From Thermoproteota archaeon (GTDB taxonomy: Archaea > Thermoproteota > Thermoprotei_A > Sulfolobales > NBVN01), in the NCBI GenBank assembly GCA_030550455.1, contig JAUQPH010000006.1, positions 59,029 through 83,028 of the forward strand: 24,000 bases of DNA, given 5' to 3'. Shown here one piece after another: positions 23,446-24,000 of the stretch. Each line of letters opens with the position of its first letter. Positions within the stretch are counted from its first letter, which is position 1. The notes below the pieces were generated by a model. That model was not told the origin of the DNA, did no database searches, and saw only the letters and a list, made by a program, of their open reading frames with translations. The translations under genes and the position numbers were made by a program.

Positions 23446-24000
23446 TTGAACGAACTGTTGAGAGTAGACAAATCACTTCTTTCTCTAGGAGTTTTTGTCT
23501 CATATACCGTCATTTGGGTAGAGGAGCCGAGGCACATAGTCTTCGAGGAGGAAGTAAGTGAGTTAGTTAAGTATCTGAGTTCTCGCTACACTCTTGACTC
23601 AATAAAGAACGATCCCGTGTTTAGAGCATACAGAGACTTCTTCTGGAGGGTCGGCATAGACCCAACTAAAGTTAGACCCTCTAGTGAAGCTCTAGTAAGA
23701 AGATGTCTAAGAGGGTCTTTCCCCAAGATAAACACTGTAGTAGACGCCGGTAACATAGCTTCAGCATACACTGGAGTCCCCATAGGCCTCTACGACATGA
23801 GCAAGTCGTCACCTCCTTACACTCTAACGCTGAGTAAAGGCGGGGAAGTTTTCAACCCAATAGGAGGAGAGGTAGAGACTCTGCCTAAGGGCATTCCGAT
23901 CCTCACCGACAGTAGGGGGTTAGTGATGCATCTCTATCCACACAGAGATAGCGTTGAGACGTCTATACGAGATAGTACTACGGAGGTCTTTGTTTTAGGA
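23446..24000 (+). CDS. B3/B4 tRNA-binding-domain protein (stand-alone PheRS-beta B3/4-like, COG3382-type); 3' end outside the window
   Basis: Not in the ORF track because no stop is reached. My translation is (M)NELLRVDKSLLSLGVFVSYTVIWVEE...NDPVFRAYRDFFWRVGIDPTKVRPSSEALVRRCLRGSFPKINTVVDAGNIASAYTGVPIGLYDMSK... The frame is open to 24000. The TTG start is uncertain (alternatives GTG 23419, TTG 23458). TATA GCTTATACTTTAAG lies ~35 nt upstream. Confidence 0.75.
   Translation, partial: MNELLRVDKSLLSLGVFVSYTVIWVEEPRHIVFEEEVSELVKYLSSRYTLDSIKNDPVFRAYRDFFWRVGIDPTKVRPSSEALVRRCLRGSFPKINTVVDAGNIASAYTGVPIGLYDMSKSSPPYTLTLSKGGEVFNPIGGEVETLPKGIPILTDSRGLVMHLYPHRDSVETSIRDSTTEVFVLG

Noticed and set aside
1447-23783. 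About 24 ORFs of 60-170 aa in the supplied track that lie antisense to, or nested inside, longer genes: 1447-1629, 1986-2195, 2305-2496, 2399-2722, 3041-3241, 3967-4218, 4597-4779, 6195-6419, 8892-9233, 9748-10173, 12487-12669, 12673-12882, 13587-13853, 14436-14942, 16795-17001, 17413-17691, 18605-18886, 19048-19230, 19321-19554, 20656-20886, 21920-22123, 22763-22972, 23153-23338, 23586-23783.
   Set aside because: Each one overlaps a longer ORF that carries clear family motifs. Their translations are low-complexity (Ser/Leu/Arg/Thr-rich) with no recognisable motif. These are typical shadow ORFs.
1-24000. CRISPR arrays, toxin-antitoxin pairs, restriction-modification or other defence islands, prophage or plasmid genes.
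   Set aside because: I saw no regularly spaced direct repeats and no recognisable nuclease, methylase, integrase or capsid motifs in any ORF. The gene content is core metabolism and housekeeping.

Overview
This is an archaeal chromosomal segment, most consistent with a hyperthermophilic crenarchaeote of the Desulfurococcales type. Supporting signs are an archaeal NAC, an aCPSF2-type beta-CASP nuclease, a four-subunit 2-oxoacid:ferredoxin oxidoreductase and a canonical archaeal C/D box sRNA. A/T-rich TATA boxes sit 20-40 nt upstream of start codons, and many genes overlap by 1-10 nt. I can support 24 protein-coding genes (one runs off the right edge), 1 ncRNA, 2 copies of a noncoding repeat, and a few promoter and terminator signals. 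The content is mostly housekeeping: OFOR, H+-PPase, ThiI, PurB, NAC, SufCB, MscS, SDR and GT2. I saw no rRNA, tRNA, CRISPR array, transposase, integrase or recognisable defence gene, and I cannot honestly claim a proven new system. Six things are not explained by ordinary annotation. (1) Two diverged but colinear ~350-380 nt noncoding elements in direct orientation (4863-5243 and 6689-7033) bracket a two-gene cassette of a Roadblock-like protein and a HypC-thioesterase fusion. (2) An unlisted, textbook C/D box sRNA lies at 21182-21243 (-) with its own TATA box and paired palindromic operators. Its D guide matches the most conserved block of the repeat elements. (3) The OFOR delta ferredoxin gene has no in-frame canonical start, although a strong SD+ATG sits one frame off. 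(4) A two-gene Trx/CcdA extracytoplasmic thiol relay is present. (5) An RCK protein is translationally coupled to MscS. (6) An SDR gene is followed by a JAB/MPN-like protein with non-canonical motif spacing. All functional calls rest on motifs I read by eye; no database search was possible.
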